A DNA stretch of 64,000 nucleotides, from NCBI GenBank assembly GCA_028534125.1, contig CM052817.1, positions 17,672,001 to 17,736,000 of the forward strand, read 5' to 3'. The notes under the pieces were generated by a model that worked only from the letters and a program-made list of their open reading frames with translations, did no database searches and had not been told where the DNA came from. Below are positions 63,358-64,000 of this stretch, in pieces (the first letter of the stretch is position 1; each line of letters opens with the position of its first letter). A program made the position numbers and the translations under genes. This DNA is from Lama glama. Its lineage: Eukaryota.

Positions 63358-63483
63358 GAGGGAGAAGGGTATATATAGCTCAAGTGGTAGAGTGCATGCT
63401 TAGCATATGCAAGGTCCTGGGTTAAATTCCCAGTACCTCTTCTAAAAACAAATAAGTAAACTTAATTACATCCCCTACCCCCC
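63358..63483 (+). mobile_element. Camelid SINE (Vic-1 type, long form)
   Basis: TSD aaaaag(c/g)tcaag at 63346-63357 and 63484-63495. Confidence 0.92.
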
Positions 63484-63599
63484 AAAAAGGTCAAGTCATA
63501 TTAGTGGAGGAAAGAAAAAAAAAAAAGAACAGAAACAGATATACAGGGATTACTTCAAAAGGCTAGGAAGAGAGATGAAGGGGAAGAAATCTTTTCAAA

Positions 63600-64000
63600 A
63601 CTTGTGTCTTCGAATGGCTGGCGGAATCTATGCAACAATGCGGGAGAGTGCAGAGAGCAGAATTTTTTCCCAACCCAACTCGCCGGAGCAGCGGGGGTAG
63701 ATCAGAAAGAAAACAACCAATTGCTAGAAAAGAGTAGGTAAGGGAATCCAAACTTGTTTTAAAGCAAGTAAAGTAGTGGCCAGACTGAGTGACTCAGAGG
63801 TATGACTCAAACCCGACAGTGGGGGCCGTCAGCTCGCGGAGGCCGGGGGCGCGGCGTCAAGCACATTTTAGGAAAGTACCAGGCGCGTGGAGGGCGACAG
63901 GAAACCTCCCCGGGGAACGGCCTGGGGCTCCTCCTGCCCCAGAGTCTGACCTCTTACCATCCGCACCAGGAGGAGTTTCTAATCCCCTGGCTTCCTCTTC
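63600..64000. promoter_or_regulatory. Left margin of a CpG island / probable promoter region with tandem AP-1 sites
   Basis: About 20 CpGs in the last 400 bp (hand count); TGACTCA at 63790-63796 and 63803-63809; GC content rises toward the window end. Confidence 0.7.
63958..64000 (-). ncRNA. Candidate first exon (3' part) of a minus-strand transcript
   Basis: Strong donor GATG|gtaaga at the CpG-island edge. Confidence 0.45.

Noticed and set aside
18649..63483. tRNA genes
   Set aside because: The tRNA-like A/B boxes belong to SINEs with tails and TSDs
1..64000. CRISPR arrays, operons, rRNA, mitochondrial insertions, or well-known miRNA/snRNA genes
   Set aside because: No regularly spaced repeats or recognisable matches by eye; the sequence is mammalian nuclear DNA. 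An Rfam/Infernal scan would be needed to exclude small RNAs formally.

Overview
Mammalian, largely non-coding DNA, most likely from a camelid (alpaca/llama/camel). The taxon call rests on 12 copies of a tRNA-derived SINE matching the camelid Vic-1 type, plus artiodactyl-type L1 3' UTRs. No protein-coding gene is recognisable. The listed ORFs are repeat-derived (L1 ORF2 debris, microsatellites), span the 500-N assembly gap (33222-33721), or look like chance frames. Much of the window is interspersed repeat: MIR, L2, old and young L1, MLT1 LTRs, two MER41-like ERV1 solo LTRs, and MER53/MER5/MER103 DNA elements. The right end is the edge of a CpG island with tandem AP-1 sites, and a chain of exon-like segments runs leftward from it on the minus strand (candidate multi-exon, probably non-coding transcript; unverified). 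The best leads are: (1) an intact MER53 palindrome giving a miR-1302-like hairpin in the sense of that transcript; (2) two MER41-like LTRs carrying a 4-bp-spaced (STAT6-type) GAS motif overlapping an NF-kB-like site; (3) a 337-bp orphan retro-insertion with 15-bp TSDs; (4) a ~100-bp locally templated insertion inside an L2. I found no convincing novel biological system. Repeat subfamily names come from memory of consensus sequences, and the boundaries of old repeats are approximate.
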